Below are positions 27,000 through 35,797 of a DNA stretch of 64,000 nt, one piece after another; the first letter of the stretch is position 1, and the number at the start of each line of letters is the position of its first letter. The position numbers and the translations under genes were made by a program. Source of the stretch: an uncultured Candidatus Saccharibacteria bacterium (GTDB lineage Bacteria > Patescibacteriota > SOKK01); the NCBI GenBank assembly GCA_964518965.1, contig CAZFJP010000010.1, positions 30,787 to 94,786 of the forward strand, in the 5' to 3' direction. Below the pieces are notes generated by a model, which made no database searches, had not been told where the DNA came from, and saw nothing but the letters and a program-made list of their open reading frames with translations.

Positions 27000-28436
27000 C
27001 TATTTCTGTCCCTGCGGATAAAACTCAAAGATATCACTCCAATTTTGGTTCTTACGGCTAAGAATGAGAAAGTAATTTTGTTCATTGATTAAATTTAGAC
27101 GAGGTATGGTTGTTTCGTTAAAATCATAAATTGTTTGCAAAATAATTCCTCGCTGTTCAATTGCCTTGATTTGTTTTTTGGTTTTGAGGTAGAGATAGTT
27201 TTGGTTAGTAGGGTGAAGGAAAAATTGCTGGATTTTTTCTTGGAGACGAGTGATTAAAGTGGTTTTGTTTTCCTTAAAGTCATAAAGTGATAGTTCATTA
27301 TTTTTATTGAAGATACATTTTTGATTGTCGGAAGTGACAAGAAAGTCGTTGACATTTTGGTCGATTTTGGAAACTGTCGCGGTACTAGAAAAAGCTTTCG
27401 GTTTAATTAGAAATAACTCATTTTGCTTATTGTCTGTTTCAATCAGAATAAGTAATTGTCTTTCTTGGGGGAGCAGTTTATGTTCATTACGGATTAAAAT
27501 CTTTTTAATTGTACCTACAGGTAGATTGTCTGTAATGAGATCTTGCTTCTCGCCATTACTTCCGAGCTTATAGAGTGCTCCCTTTGGAGCTTGACTTGCG
27601 AGGGGTAGTATGCTATCCTTTATGTTGTAAAGTAGACCGAAGAGATCGTTTTTTTCTCGAATTAATCCCGAAATACCGCTTAAAGCCAACTTTCTTGACC
27701 CGTTAGGGTCATCCAGATTGAAGAGATAGAGTTCTTCTCTCGCGAGTACAAAAAGTCGTTTCTCGTCGCGGGGGTGCCACTCTACTTTTTTAATTCCTTG
27801 GGGAAGATGGTCTAATTTGACAAGGGTTTTTTTGCTAAGATTTCCTAAGTAATAATTTGCTGAACCAAGGTTAAGAATAAATTGTTTATTGCTGGGAGAC
27901 CAGGTTATGATGGTGAGATCGGTAAAAGTGGTTTGCGGAAGAGGAATTTCACTTAATTTATTTTTAGAAAGATCAAGAAACCAAAGTTGATTCTGATTAT
28001 TGCTCTCACTGGTGTAAATGACTTTTGACTGATCAGGAGAGATAAAAAAATCAAGAATATTACGAGAAGTGATTTGATTGAGGGAGGGCTCCTTCAAGAA
28101 AAGCTCTAAGTTTTCTAGGTTATAATTGACTTTCTCGGCGTCAATGGTAAGATGTTGCTCGATATCCAAGTATCCTTCTTTCTTAATGACAATAGTGTAA
28201 TCACCAGGAACTAGGTTTCTTAAAGTAGCAGGGGTTTTAACATCTTGCTTATGACCATTGATGTAAATTTCAGCACCTTCAGGATTAGAACTAATTACTG
28301 CAATACCGGCACGATAGATTTTTCTGGCACCAAAGTCAATCTGATAACCTTGGGCAAAGAGAATTAAGCCGATTGCTACTATTGCAAAAATAAAAAAACT
28401 CGCAAGATAAATTTTTCTTCGTCCTTTGTGTTCCAT
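27000..28436 (-). CDS. Membrane-anchored PEGA-domain protein with TolB-like beta-propeller repeats
   Basis: PEGAEIYINGHKQDVKTPATLRNLVPGDYTIVIKKEGY (PEGA domain). The rest is rich in short beta-strand repeats. Confidence 0.6.
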   Translation of the reverse strand: MEHKGRRKIYLASFFIFAIVAIGLILFAQGYQIDFGARKIYRAGIAVISSNPEGAEIYINGHKQDVKTPATLRNLVPGDYTIVIKKEGYLDIEQHLTIDAEKVNYNLENLELFLKEPSLNQITSRNILDFFISPDQSKVIYTSESNNQNQLWFLDLSKNKLSEIPLPQTTFTDLTIITWSPSNKQFILNLGSANYYLGNLSKKTLVKLDHLPQGIKKVEWHPRDEKRLFVLAREELYLFNLDDPNGSRKLALSGISGLIREKNDLFGLLYNIKDSILPLASQAPKGALYKLGSNGEKQDLITDNLPVGTIKKILIRNEHKLLPQERQLLILIETDNKQNELFLIKPKAFSSTATVSKIDQNVNDFLVTSDNQKCIFNKNNELSLYDFKENKTTLITRLQEKIQQFFLHPTNQNYLYLKTKKQIKAIEQRGIILQTIYDFNETTIPRLNLINEQNYFLILSRKNQNWSDIFEFYPQGQK

Positions 28437-28496
28437 TTAATCTTGTTTATTCCTTATTCATTATAGCGATTTTAGTTAATTAATTCAATCAAAAAT

Positions 28497-28964
28497 ATGC
28501 AGAAGAAACAGTACTATACAAAATCTGCGCTTGAGAAAATCAAAACAGAATTAGCGGAACTCAAGAGTGTTAAACGTAAAGAAATTGCCGAACGGATTCG
28601 TGAGGCAAAGGCCTTTGGCGATCTTTCCGAAAATGCCGAATACGCTGATGCCAAGGAAGCGCAAGCTTTTGTAGAGGGGAGAATTGAGGAGCTGGAGGAA
28701 ATCTTGGAAAATGCGGAGATAGTAGATGATAAATGTAAGCAAAGTGGTTCAGTGGGAGTAAATTGTAAAGTAACTGTTTCTGATAGCAAAGGAGGGCAAA
28801 GAGAATATACTTTGGTTAGTGCAAACGAAGTAGATCCACTGACGGGAAAAATTTCTTCTAATTCACCGATTGGGAAAGCATTGCTAGGGAAGAAAGTAGG
28901 GGACCGCGTGGTAGTAGAAGTACCTTCCGGAAAACTGAATTTGCAGATTCAAAAAATTGAGTAA
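28497..28964 (+). CDS. greA: Transcription elongation factor GreA
   Basis: N-terminal coiled coil with DLSENAEYADAKE, and C-terminal FKBP-like domain. Confidence 0.9.
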   Translation: MQKKQYYTKSALEKIKTELAELKSVKRKEIAERIREAKAFGDLSENAEYADAKEAQAFVEGRIEELEEILENAEIVDDKCKQSGSVGVNCKVTVSDSKGGQREYTLVSANEVDPLTGKISSNSPIGKALLGKKVGDRVVVEVPSGKLNLQIQKIE

Positions 28965-29026
28965 TTATTTTTTAGATATCCTTGTCCTTTAAAAATCAAG
29001 TAGTCCTTCTAAAGGAGGTGATTAAA

Positions 29027-29272
29027 GTGTCGGAAGGATTATGGAAGATTTTTGTAATTTTTAGCTTATTATTTTTTAGTATTTTAGTTCTCGCTTATGG
29101 GAGAAGAGCTCCCAAGGCGCTTCCCGAGAGGGGGATTACCGAGGAATTGAGTGAGGCCTTGCATTTTGAAATTCCTCACTGGGATTCCTCGTGTGCTACT
29201 GGTTCAGTGATGGAATCGTCGATTAATCAAACCGACGACAGTTACAAACTAGCGTCTTTCTATTTTCACTAA
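29027..29272 (+). CDS. Small membrane protein
   Basis: GTG start 5 nt after AAGGAGGTG. One TM (IFVIFSLLFFSILVLAY). Confidence 0.35.
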   Translation: MSEGLWKIFVIFSLLFFSILVLAYGRRAPKALPERGITEELSEALHFEIPHWDSSCATGSVMESSINQTDDSYKLASFYFH

Positions 29273-29296
29273 CCCCCGCTGGGGGGTTTCTTTACT
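29272..29296 (+). terminator. Rho-independent terminator
   Basis: aacccccgctggggggtttcttt. Confidence 0.5.
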
Positions 29297-29365
29297 CTTG
29301 ATTTTGAGATACAGTTATGTGCTATACTTTGAGGTAATTTGAAAACTACCAAGGAGGTTTTTCTG

Positions 29366-29623
29366 ATGAATCGGATTACTGGATCAACCTATGAGTTTCT
29401 CAGGATCAAGGGAAGTTGCCCTTTCGATTTACCTTTTAAAAAACTTGGAACAGGGCATCTACGGGCGATGTTTTGTGTTGCTAAGGATAGGGAAGAGGTT
29501 TGTCTTGAAGTTACCGAAGAAGAAGGTAACTTTCTCTGGCTCTATCCCCAGGATGAAATTTCAGATCTTGATCAACGCGGTATTCAATATCGCGTTATTA
29601 CCAAAAAAGAAGCAGGTTTCTAG
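29366..29623 (+). CDS. Small hypothetical Cys-containing protein
   Basis: ATG 29366 is preceded by AAGGAGG. 85 aa. A hairpin (agcaggtt/aacctgct) plus T-tract follows. Confidence 0.4.
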   Translation: MNRITGSTYEFLRIKGSCPFDLPFKKLGTGHLRAMFCVAKDREEVCLEVTEEEGNFLWLYPQDEISDLDQRGIQYRVITKKEAGF

Positions 29624-29692
29624 TCAACCTGCTTTTAATTTTGCCCGATTTTATGCTAAAATAATCTTAGTTGACCAGGTTAAATTATCAAG

Positions 29693-31732
29693 ATGACAAG
29701 TTTTGATGAATATTACAAAGCGCGTTTAAAGAAACTTGAAACAATTAGAAAAGCAGGTATTAATCCCTATCCTGCTCAATCAAAGCGGAATTATAATTGT
29801 TTTCAAGCACGTCATGATTTTAACAAACTTAAAAAAGCGATTACTTTGGCAGGTAGATTGATGAGTTTGCGTGAGCATGGCAAGTTGACTTTTGCTAATC
29901 TCCAGGATGAAACAGGCAAGTTTCAGTTAGCATTTAAGGAAGATTTACTGAAGAAAGATTATGATTTTCTGAAGAAGCTCGATTTGGGTGACTTTATTGA
30001 AGTTACTGGTAAGTGTTTTAAAACGAAACTTGGGGAAAAGACCCTTGCTGTTGAAAAGTTGGTTTTATTAGCAAAATCATTGCGACCATTGCCAGAGAAA
30101 TGGCATGGATTAAAAGATGTGGAATTAAGATACCGCAAACGTTATTTGGATTTGATTATGAATGAAAAAACGCGGCGGGTTTTTTATCTGCGCTCGCAGA
30201 TGATTGACGCAATCCGCGATTTTTTGACTGATCGAAATTTTCTAGAGGTAGAAACTCCCATTTTGCAAGCAACTCCTGGTGGTGCGGTAGCAAAGCCATT
30301 TGTGACACATCATAATGCTTTGAATACTGACTTTTATCTCCGCATTGCTCCGGAACTTTATCTTAAGCGTCTTATTGTGGGCGGTTTTGAGAAGGTCTTT
30401 GAGATAAGTCGTAACTTTCGGAATGAGGGGATTAGCACTGTTCACAATCCGGATTTTACGATGTTGGAGTTTTATTGGGCCTATAAAGATTATAATGCCC
30501 TGATGGAATTAACGGAAGAATTGTTTACTTATCTTTTACAACGTTTGAAATTGGAAACCAAGATTAAATATCAGGGTAAACAAGTTGATTTTAAAACCCC
30601 CTGGAAAAAGATTACTTTTACTGATTTATTGAGAGAGAAAGCAGGATTAGATATTACTAAATTTAATACTCGTGAAGAATTACTACCCTTCGCGGAAAAA
30701 TTGGAAGTTAATATTACTCCTGAGATGGGAGCAGATAAGATTATTGATGAAATTTTTAAAAAGAAAATTCGTCCCCAGATTATTAATCCTTTGTTTGTTA
30801 TTAACCAACCATTATTTCTTTCGCCTTTAGCGAAAAAACGAATGAAAAATGAAAAAGAGGTTGAGCGTTATCAGTTAATTATTGGGGGACTGGAAATTGT
30901 TAATGCCTATTCTGAATTAAATGATCCCATTGACCAACGGGGACGTTTTGAGGAACAACAAAAGTTACGTAAGATGGGCGATGAAGAAGCTCATCCACTG
31001 GATGAAGACTATATTGAGGCATTGGAATACGGCATGCCACCTACAGCGGGGTTCGGTTTAGGAATTGACCGCTTGGTGATGATTTTGGCTAATTGTTCCA
31101 ATATCCGAGATGTTATTTTGTTCCCTGTTTTGAAACCAAAAGGTGCTGTTCTTACTGATAAGGGAGGAAAAGGCAGGGTAATGCTACGTGAGGAAGCGCT
31201 CATTTTACTTAAACGAAATCTCAAGAATGCTAATTTATTTAAACATACTCTTGCTGTTGAGGCCTGTATGAAAGAAATCGCAAAGGACAAAGGTGTTAAT
31301 AAAGAGGTTTATGGCCTAGCGGGAATTCTTCATGATCTTGATTATGAACAAACCAAGAAAACACCTTGTAAACATACTCTTGAAACTGCTGCGATTCTGG
31401 AAAAAGAGGGGGTTCGGGATGATATTATTCAGGCAATTAAAGCGCATAACGAAGCTTGTGGTGGCGTTTGTGAGTCACAAATGGACTATGCATTACGAGC
31501 AGTTGATCCAACAACGGGGTTAATAGTAGCGGCTACTCTCGTTTTGCCTGATAAAAAACTTAAATCTCTTACTGTAGAGTTCATTTTGAAGAAGTTTAAA
31601 TCTAAGTCTTTTGCTGTCGGTTGTGACCGCAATCAAATCAAGTCGTGTGAGAAATTAGGATATACCATAGAGGATTTTTTCGCGCTTTGTTTAAAGGCGA
31701 TGCAGAGGATTGATAAGGAGCTGGGGTTATGA
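29693..31732 (+). CDS. lysS: Lysyl-tRNA synthetase (class II) fused in-frame to a C-terminal YqeK-like HD-domain phosphohydrolase
   Basis: Residues 1 to about 495 form the LysRS core, ending IRDVILFPVLKP. Residues about 497-679 are an HD domain (LFKHTLAVEACMKEIAKDKGV...LAGILHDLD). An internal GGGAGGAAAAGG precedes an in-frame ATG at 31181. Confidence 0.85.
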   Translation: MTSFDEYYKARLKKLETIRKAGINPYPAQSKRNYNCFQARHDFNKLKKAITLAGRLMSLREHGKLTFANLQDETGKFQLAFKEDLLKKDYDFLKKLDLGDFIEVTGKCFKTKLGEKTLAVEKLVLLAKSLRPLPEKWHGLKDVELRYRKRYLDLIMNEKTRRVFYLRSQMIDAIRDFLTDRNFLEVETPILQATPGGAVAKPFVTHHNALNTDFYLRIAPELYLKRLIVGGFEKVFEISRNFRNEGISTVHNPDFTMLEFYWAYKDYNALMELTEELFTYLLQRLKLETKIKYQGKQVDFKTPWKKITFTDLLREKAGLDITKFNTREELLPFAEKLEVNITPEMGADKIIDEIFKKKIRPQIINPLFVINQPLFLSPLAKKRMKNEKEVERYQLIIGGLEIVNAYSELNDPIDQRGRFEEQQKLRKMGDEEAHPLDEDYIEALEYGMPPTAGFGLGIDRLVMILANCSNIRDVILFPVLKPKGAVLTDKGGKGRVMLREEALILLKRNLKNANLFKHTLAVEACMKEIAKDKGVNKEVYGLAGILHDLDYEQTKKTPCKHTLETAAILEKEGVRDDIIQAIKAHNEACGGVCESQMDYALRAVDPTTGLIVAATLVLPDKKLKSLTVEFILKKFKSKSFAVGCDRNQIKSCEKLGYTIEDFFALCLKAMQRIDKELGL

Positions 31733-31796
31733 TTTCCATTGCCGTGTTTATCTCACAGTTTCTTGTAAGGAATAGGCGACATTAATTATCCAAATT

Positions 31797-33056
31797 ATGC
31801 TAGATCTCAAATTCATTCGTGAAAATAAAGAAATTGTCAAAAAGGAACTCCGAAATCGTAATTTGAAAGTTGATTTGGATTTCTTCTTAGAGTTAGATGA
31901 GAAGCGTCGGAAATTAGTTGCGGAGAATGACCAATTGCGAGCAGAGCAAAATAAAGCTAGTAAGATAATTGTGAGAGAAAAAGATGCGAGAAAAAAACAA
32001 GCATTGATTGAGAAGATGAAAGAAGTTTCTAAGAAAGTGGATCAAATTAAAACAAAATTAGTTCCGCTAACTATTGAGTTTTTAGAAATCTATTTTCAGT
32101 TTCCTAATATCAGTCATAAAGATACTCCAGTTGGTAAGGATGAGAATGATAATATTGAAGATCACAAGTGGGGCAAAATCCCGAGGTTTACTTTTAAACC
32201 TAAACCACACTATGAAATAGAGTCCCTGAAAGATTTATTTGATATTGAGAAAGGATCTGAAATATCGGGTGCTAGATTTTGGTATCTCAAAGGGAAAATT
32301 GCCCAACTGCAGTTTGCTTTAATTAACTACACCATTGATTTCTTTGCAAAAGAAGGTTTCGAGTTAGTTATTCCGCCAGTTTTAGTGAAAAAGCCAGCAA
32401 TGATTGGCTCAGGATTTTTTCCCGCGGATTGCAGCGAGGTTTATGAAATCCGTGAGAAAGAAGATAGTCTTTATCTGATTGGAACTGCTGAAGTTCCTTT
32501 AGCGAGTTATCATGCTAATGAGATTATTGATTTGAAAAAGCCCAAGAAGTATTTAGGCTATTCTACTTGCTTTCGTAGAGAAGCCGGCTCCTATGGAAAA
32601 GATTTGAAAGGAATTATGCGTGGGCATCAGTTTGATAAATTAGAATTATTTGTTTTCGCAAGCCAGAAGAATTCTTGGAAGATTTACGAAGAGCTTTTGA
32701 GAACCTCCGAGAGGTTTTGGCAGAGTTTAAAAATTCCTTATCGGGTGATGTCTATGTGTAGCGGTGAGTTGGCTTCTCCCAACAGTCGCAAGTTTGATAT
32801 TGAGGGATGGTTACCAGGAGAGGGAAAGTACCGTGAACTTGGTTCTTGTTCTCATGATACTGACTTTCAAGCACGTCGCTTAAACATTCGCTATCGTGAT
32901 GAGAAGAATAAAGTAGTACTAGCGCACACAATGAATCATACTGCCTGTGCTATTGGCAGGACAATTGTTGCAATTGTAGAGAATAACCAGACCAAGAAAG
33001 GAAATGTCAAAATTCCTAAAGTTTTACACAAATACCTCAATTTCACAGAGATATAG
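31797..33056 (+). CDS. serS: Seryl-tRNA synthetase
   Basis: N-terminal coiled-coil arm and class II core (FRREAGSYGKD, GHQF). Confidence 0.9.
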   Translation: MLDLKFIRENKEIVKKELRNRNLKVDLDFFLELDEKRRKLVAENDQLRAEQNKASKIIVREKDARKKQALIEKMKEVSKKVDQIKTKLVPLTIEFLEIYFQFPNISHKDTPVGKDENDNIEDHKWGKIPRFTFKPKPHYEIESLKDLFDIEKGSEISGARFWYLKGKIAQLQFALINYTIDFFAKEGFELVIPPVLVKKPAMIGSGFFPADCSEVYEIREKEDSLYLIGTAEVPLASYHANEIIDLKKPKKYLGYSTCFRREAGSYGKDLKGIMRGHQFDKLELFVFASQKNSWKIYEELLRTSERFWQSLKIPYRVMSMCSGELASPNSRKFDIEGWLPGEGKYRELGSCSHDTDFQARRLNIRYRDEKNKVVLAHTMNHTACAIGRTIVAIVENNQTKKGNVKIPKVLHKYLNFTEI

Positions 33057-33101
33057 ATGAAATAAATATTTACTCATTTTTTGGCTTTGAATTAAACCGA
33101 G

Positions 33102-33989
33102 ATGTTATTTGGTAAGAGTAAAAAAAGAGGGATAAGGTGGAGACGCGGTTTCTATCAGGGACGGCGTTCTTTTTTCAAGAGGAGACAATCTTTTCGTAAT
33201 CCGGGAATCTATACTCCTACACCTAAACAAGAGACTTTTTTGACTTTGCCAGTCCGAAGTCTTGTGGGAGTAACTTTTTTAATCTTAATAGTTGGTTTAG
33301 TTGTGGTAATTTTCTTTTCGCCACTGTTTGTGATTCGCGACATTGTTGTGGTGGGGAATTATCATCTTTTAGGATCAGATATTCGCAGTGTCACAAACAA
33401 AGCGCTCAAAGAACACAGCAGTTTTATTTTTCCAATCGGACATATTTTCTTTCTAGACAAAAAGGAGATGGCTTTGGATTTGGAAAAAGAACTGCCTTTG
33501 ATTCAAGAGGTAAAGTTTGAACGGAATTTTCCCGATATTCTTAAGGTGCGTATCAAGGAACGCAATCCTGTTTTTGTCTGGGAGTCGCGTAAGCATTACT
33601 ATTATATTGACCGGAACGGTTATGCTTACTTGGAAATTACTGCTCAAGAGAAGCAGGCAAGTCGTTTACTATCATTGAGAGACGAAGCCAATATTAAGAT
33701 AGAATTAGGAAGTAAGGTGGTGACGAGTAGTTTTGTGGATTTTGTGAATACGCTAATCTTGAATTTTAAGCCGCGCATTGGTGTAGGAATTAAAGAGATT
33801 ATTTTGCCACTGACAACTTTAGAGGTGCGAGTTGTTACTGAAGAAGGATGGAAAGCTTATTTTGATACTACCCGTTCTGCTAGAATTCAACTGCGTTACT
33901 TAGCTTCGGTTTTGAAACAAATTAACAAACCACGCAATCAATTAGAGTATATAGATCTCCGTTTGAAAGACAGAATCTTTTATAAGTAA
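33102..33989 (+). CDS. FtsQ/DivIB-like cell-division protein (POTRA domain)
   Basis: Basic N-terminus, TM, then VIRDIVVVGNYHL...LKVRIKERNPVFVWE...YYIDRNGYAY. Confidence 0.6.
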   Translation: MLFGKSKKRGIRWRRGFYQGRRSFFKRRQSFRNPGIYTPTPKQETFLTLPVRSLVGVTFLILIVGLVVVIFFSPLFVIRDIVVVGNYHLLGSDIRSVTNKALKEHSSFIFPIGHIFFLDKKEMALDLEKELPLIQEVKFERNFPDILKVRIKERNPVFVWESRKHYYYIDRNGYAYLEITAQEKQASRLLSLRDEANIKIELGSKVVTSSFVDFVNTLILNFKPRIGVGIKEIILPLTTLEVRVVTEEGWKAYFDTTRSARIQLRYLASVLKQINKPRNQLEYIDLRLKDRIFYK

Positions 33990-33998
33990 TTTTCTTTC

Positions 33999-34598
33999 AT
34001 GAAAGGTTCGGCATGGATTCGTAATTTAATTTTTTTACCGTTTCTACCAATTATTGGATTGATTGGTTTTGAGTTACTTTGTCCTTATGATATTTTAAGT
34101 CGCCGTGTTGCTTTGATGACTACGGCAATAGTTTCCTCAGTTTTATATCTGGGAGTTTATTTTTACCTTGAGAAAAGATTTAAACTTTCTTTGCCGACTT
34201 TTACTGCCTGGGCAATCTTTGTTGCGATCTTTTTAGACGCTGCGGGTAATTTCGGGCATCTTTATGGCAATGTGGATTATTGGGATAAAGTTACCCATGC
34301 GGTTGGTAGTGCCTCAACGGGAGTGGTGATTTTCACCATTTTGGTCCTTTTAAACCAGAAAAAAGCGATTAGAATTGGTCATTTTGCACTATTTTTATGG
34401 ACGACAGGGGTAGCAACACTGCTTGCGGTTTTGTATGAGTTAACCGAGTATTGGGGTGATTTAGGACTAGATACCAGGCGGATTGGGGATCGGTTTGATA
34501 CAGTATCGGATTTGCAGTGGAATGTTATTGGGGTGCTAATTGTCACTTTGATTGGATTGTTGATTATAAGAAGAAAAAACATTCTTGAAGTGAAGTAA
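33999..34598 (+). CDS. Polytopic membrane protein, unknown function
   Basis: 199 aa with 5-6 hydrophobic segments. Confidence 0.4.
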   Translation: MKGSAWIRNLIFLPFLPIIGLIGFELLCPYDILSRRVALMTTAIVSSVLYLGVYFYLEKRFKLSLPTFTAWAIFVAIFLDAAGNFGHLYGNVDYWDKVTHAVGSASTGVVIFTILVLLNQKKAIRIGHFALFLWTTGVATLLAVLYELTEYWGDLGLDTRRIGDRFDTVSDLQWNVIGVLIVTLIGLLIIRRKNILEVK

Positions 34599-34763
34599 TG
34601 TCACATTGTTTGTGTCGTATAAGATACATTGTACGACTAGATTAAACAATCAAACAGATAGGTTAGATAGGTTTTGGGAAAGCACTTCTTTATTCTCTAT
34701 TTTTCCCTATTCTATTTATTTAGGATAGAACAAATTATTTAGGTTATTTTTAGGATAGAACAA

Positions 34764-34800
34764 ACAAAAAACACCCCTTTATTAGGGTGTCTTTATTATT
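34764..34800. terminator. Bidirectional terminator (acaccc/gggtgt stem with A-tract and T-tract)
   Basis: aaaaaacacccctttattagggtgtctttattattt between convergent genes. Confidence 0.5.
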
Positions 34801-34818
34801 TCGGAATCATAAGTATAA

Positions 34819-35619
34819 CTAGCGAATTGGATTCTGCCAAGCAAAATCTTTTTGGAGATAAGGATTACTACTTCCCCGGTAGAAACGGTTAGCATCGCAT
34901 TGAGGAATAATGGCACTTCTTAAACTGATAAATCGAAGAGGGTTGATGCCATAACAGCGGTTACCGCGCCATTGGTCAATTTCAAAGTGTAAATGAGGGT
35001 TTAAGGCACCGCTTTGGCCTACTCTGCCGATTAGCTGTCCTTTTATTACTCGCTGACCCTTTTTAACGTAAATTGTGGACAAATGACCATAAGTAGTACG
35101 ATATCCTAAACTATGTTTTAGAACGATTGTATTACCAGCTAGAAAACCACGATAGCAAACAATGCCTGATTCTGCTGCATAAACCGGTAGACCGTAACGA
35201 GCAGCGAAATCAATACCATTATGACGATTGTTCCAGATGGGATATTTAACATTAGCGGGCTTTAAAATCGCCTTCACGTAGCCAAAAAGACCGTAAACAA
35301 ACCAAGTATCTCCTCCTTGAGCGATAAACTGGCCGTTTTTAACTAAAAAGCCGTGATAACTGTTCCCTACTTTATAGCGAATGACGTTACGACTAGTAGT
35401 ATTGTGCCAGTGGGAACTTACCTTGAAGGGAAGTTGGGGATGAAAAGAGCCGCTAATTTTTGTCACGGATGTGGAAGTAGATTTAGCAGTGGTTTGTTTT
35501 ACCACTTCTCTACCCGGTTTTTTCTCTCCAACCAGAGAAAGAGTGGGGAAAGTAGCTCCCAAAACTGTTTGAAGGCCAAGAACCAAACTTAGAACTAAGC
35601 TTAAAGGTTGGGAAAGCAC
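34819..35619 (-). CDS. M23-family metallo-endopeptidase (peptidoglycan hydrolase)
   Basis: HNGIDFAA...GNTIVLKHSLGYRTTYGHLS...PHLHFEI. Signal peptide. Confidence 0.85.
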   Translation of the reverse strand: MLSQPLSLVLSLVLGLQTVLGATFPTLSLVGEKKPGREVVKQTTAKSTSTSVTKISGSFHPQLPFKVSSHWHNTTSRNVIRYKVGNSYHGFLVKNGQFIAQGGDTWFVYGLFGYVKAILKPANVKYPIWNNRHNGIDFAARYGLPVYAAESGIVCYRGFLAGNTIVLKHSLGYRTTYGHLSTIYVKKGQRVIKGQLIGRVGQSGALNPHLHFEIDQWRGNRCYGINPLRFISLRSAIIPQCDANRFYRGSSNPYLQKDFAWQNPIR

Positions 35620-35714
35620 CGAAATTTCCTTTTACTCCCCTCCTTTGCTTAAAGAGTAACCTCCAATGATAGCAGAAAAAACATTGTTTGTCAATTCTAG
35701 GAGATTTTGTTAAA

Positions 35715-35769
35715 GATCAAAAAATCAAGATTTGACAAACCCATTTATTTGGATTAACTAAATCTTGAT
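35715..35769 (-). terminator. Hairpin terminator downstream of the ATPase gene
   Basis: 10-bp perfect inverted repeat atcaagattt/aaatcttgat with a T-tract on the minus strand. Confidence 0.45.
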
Positions 35770-35797
35770 TTATCTCAGAACGACGAAATTGCAGGGA

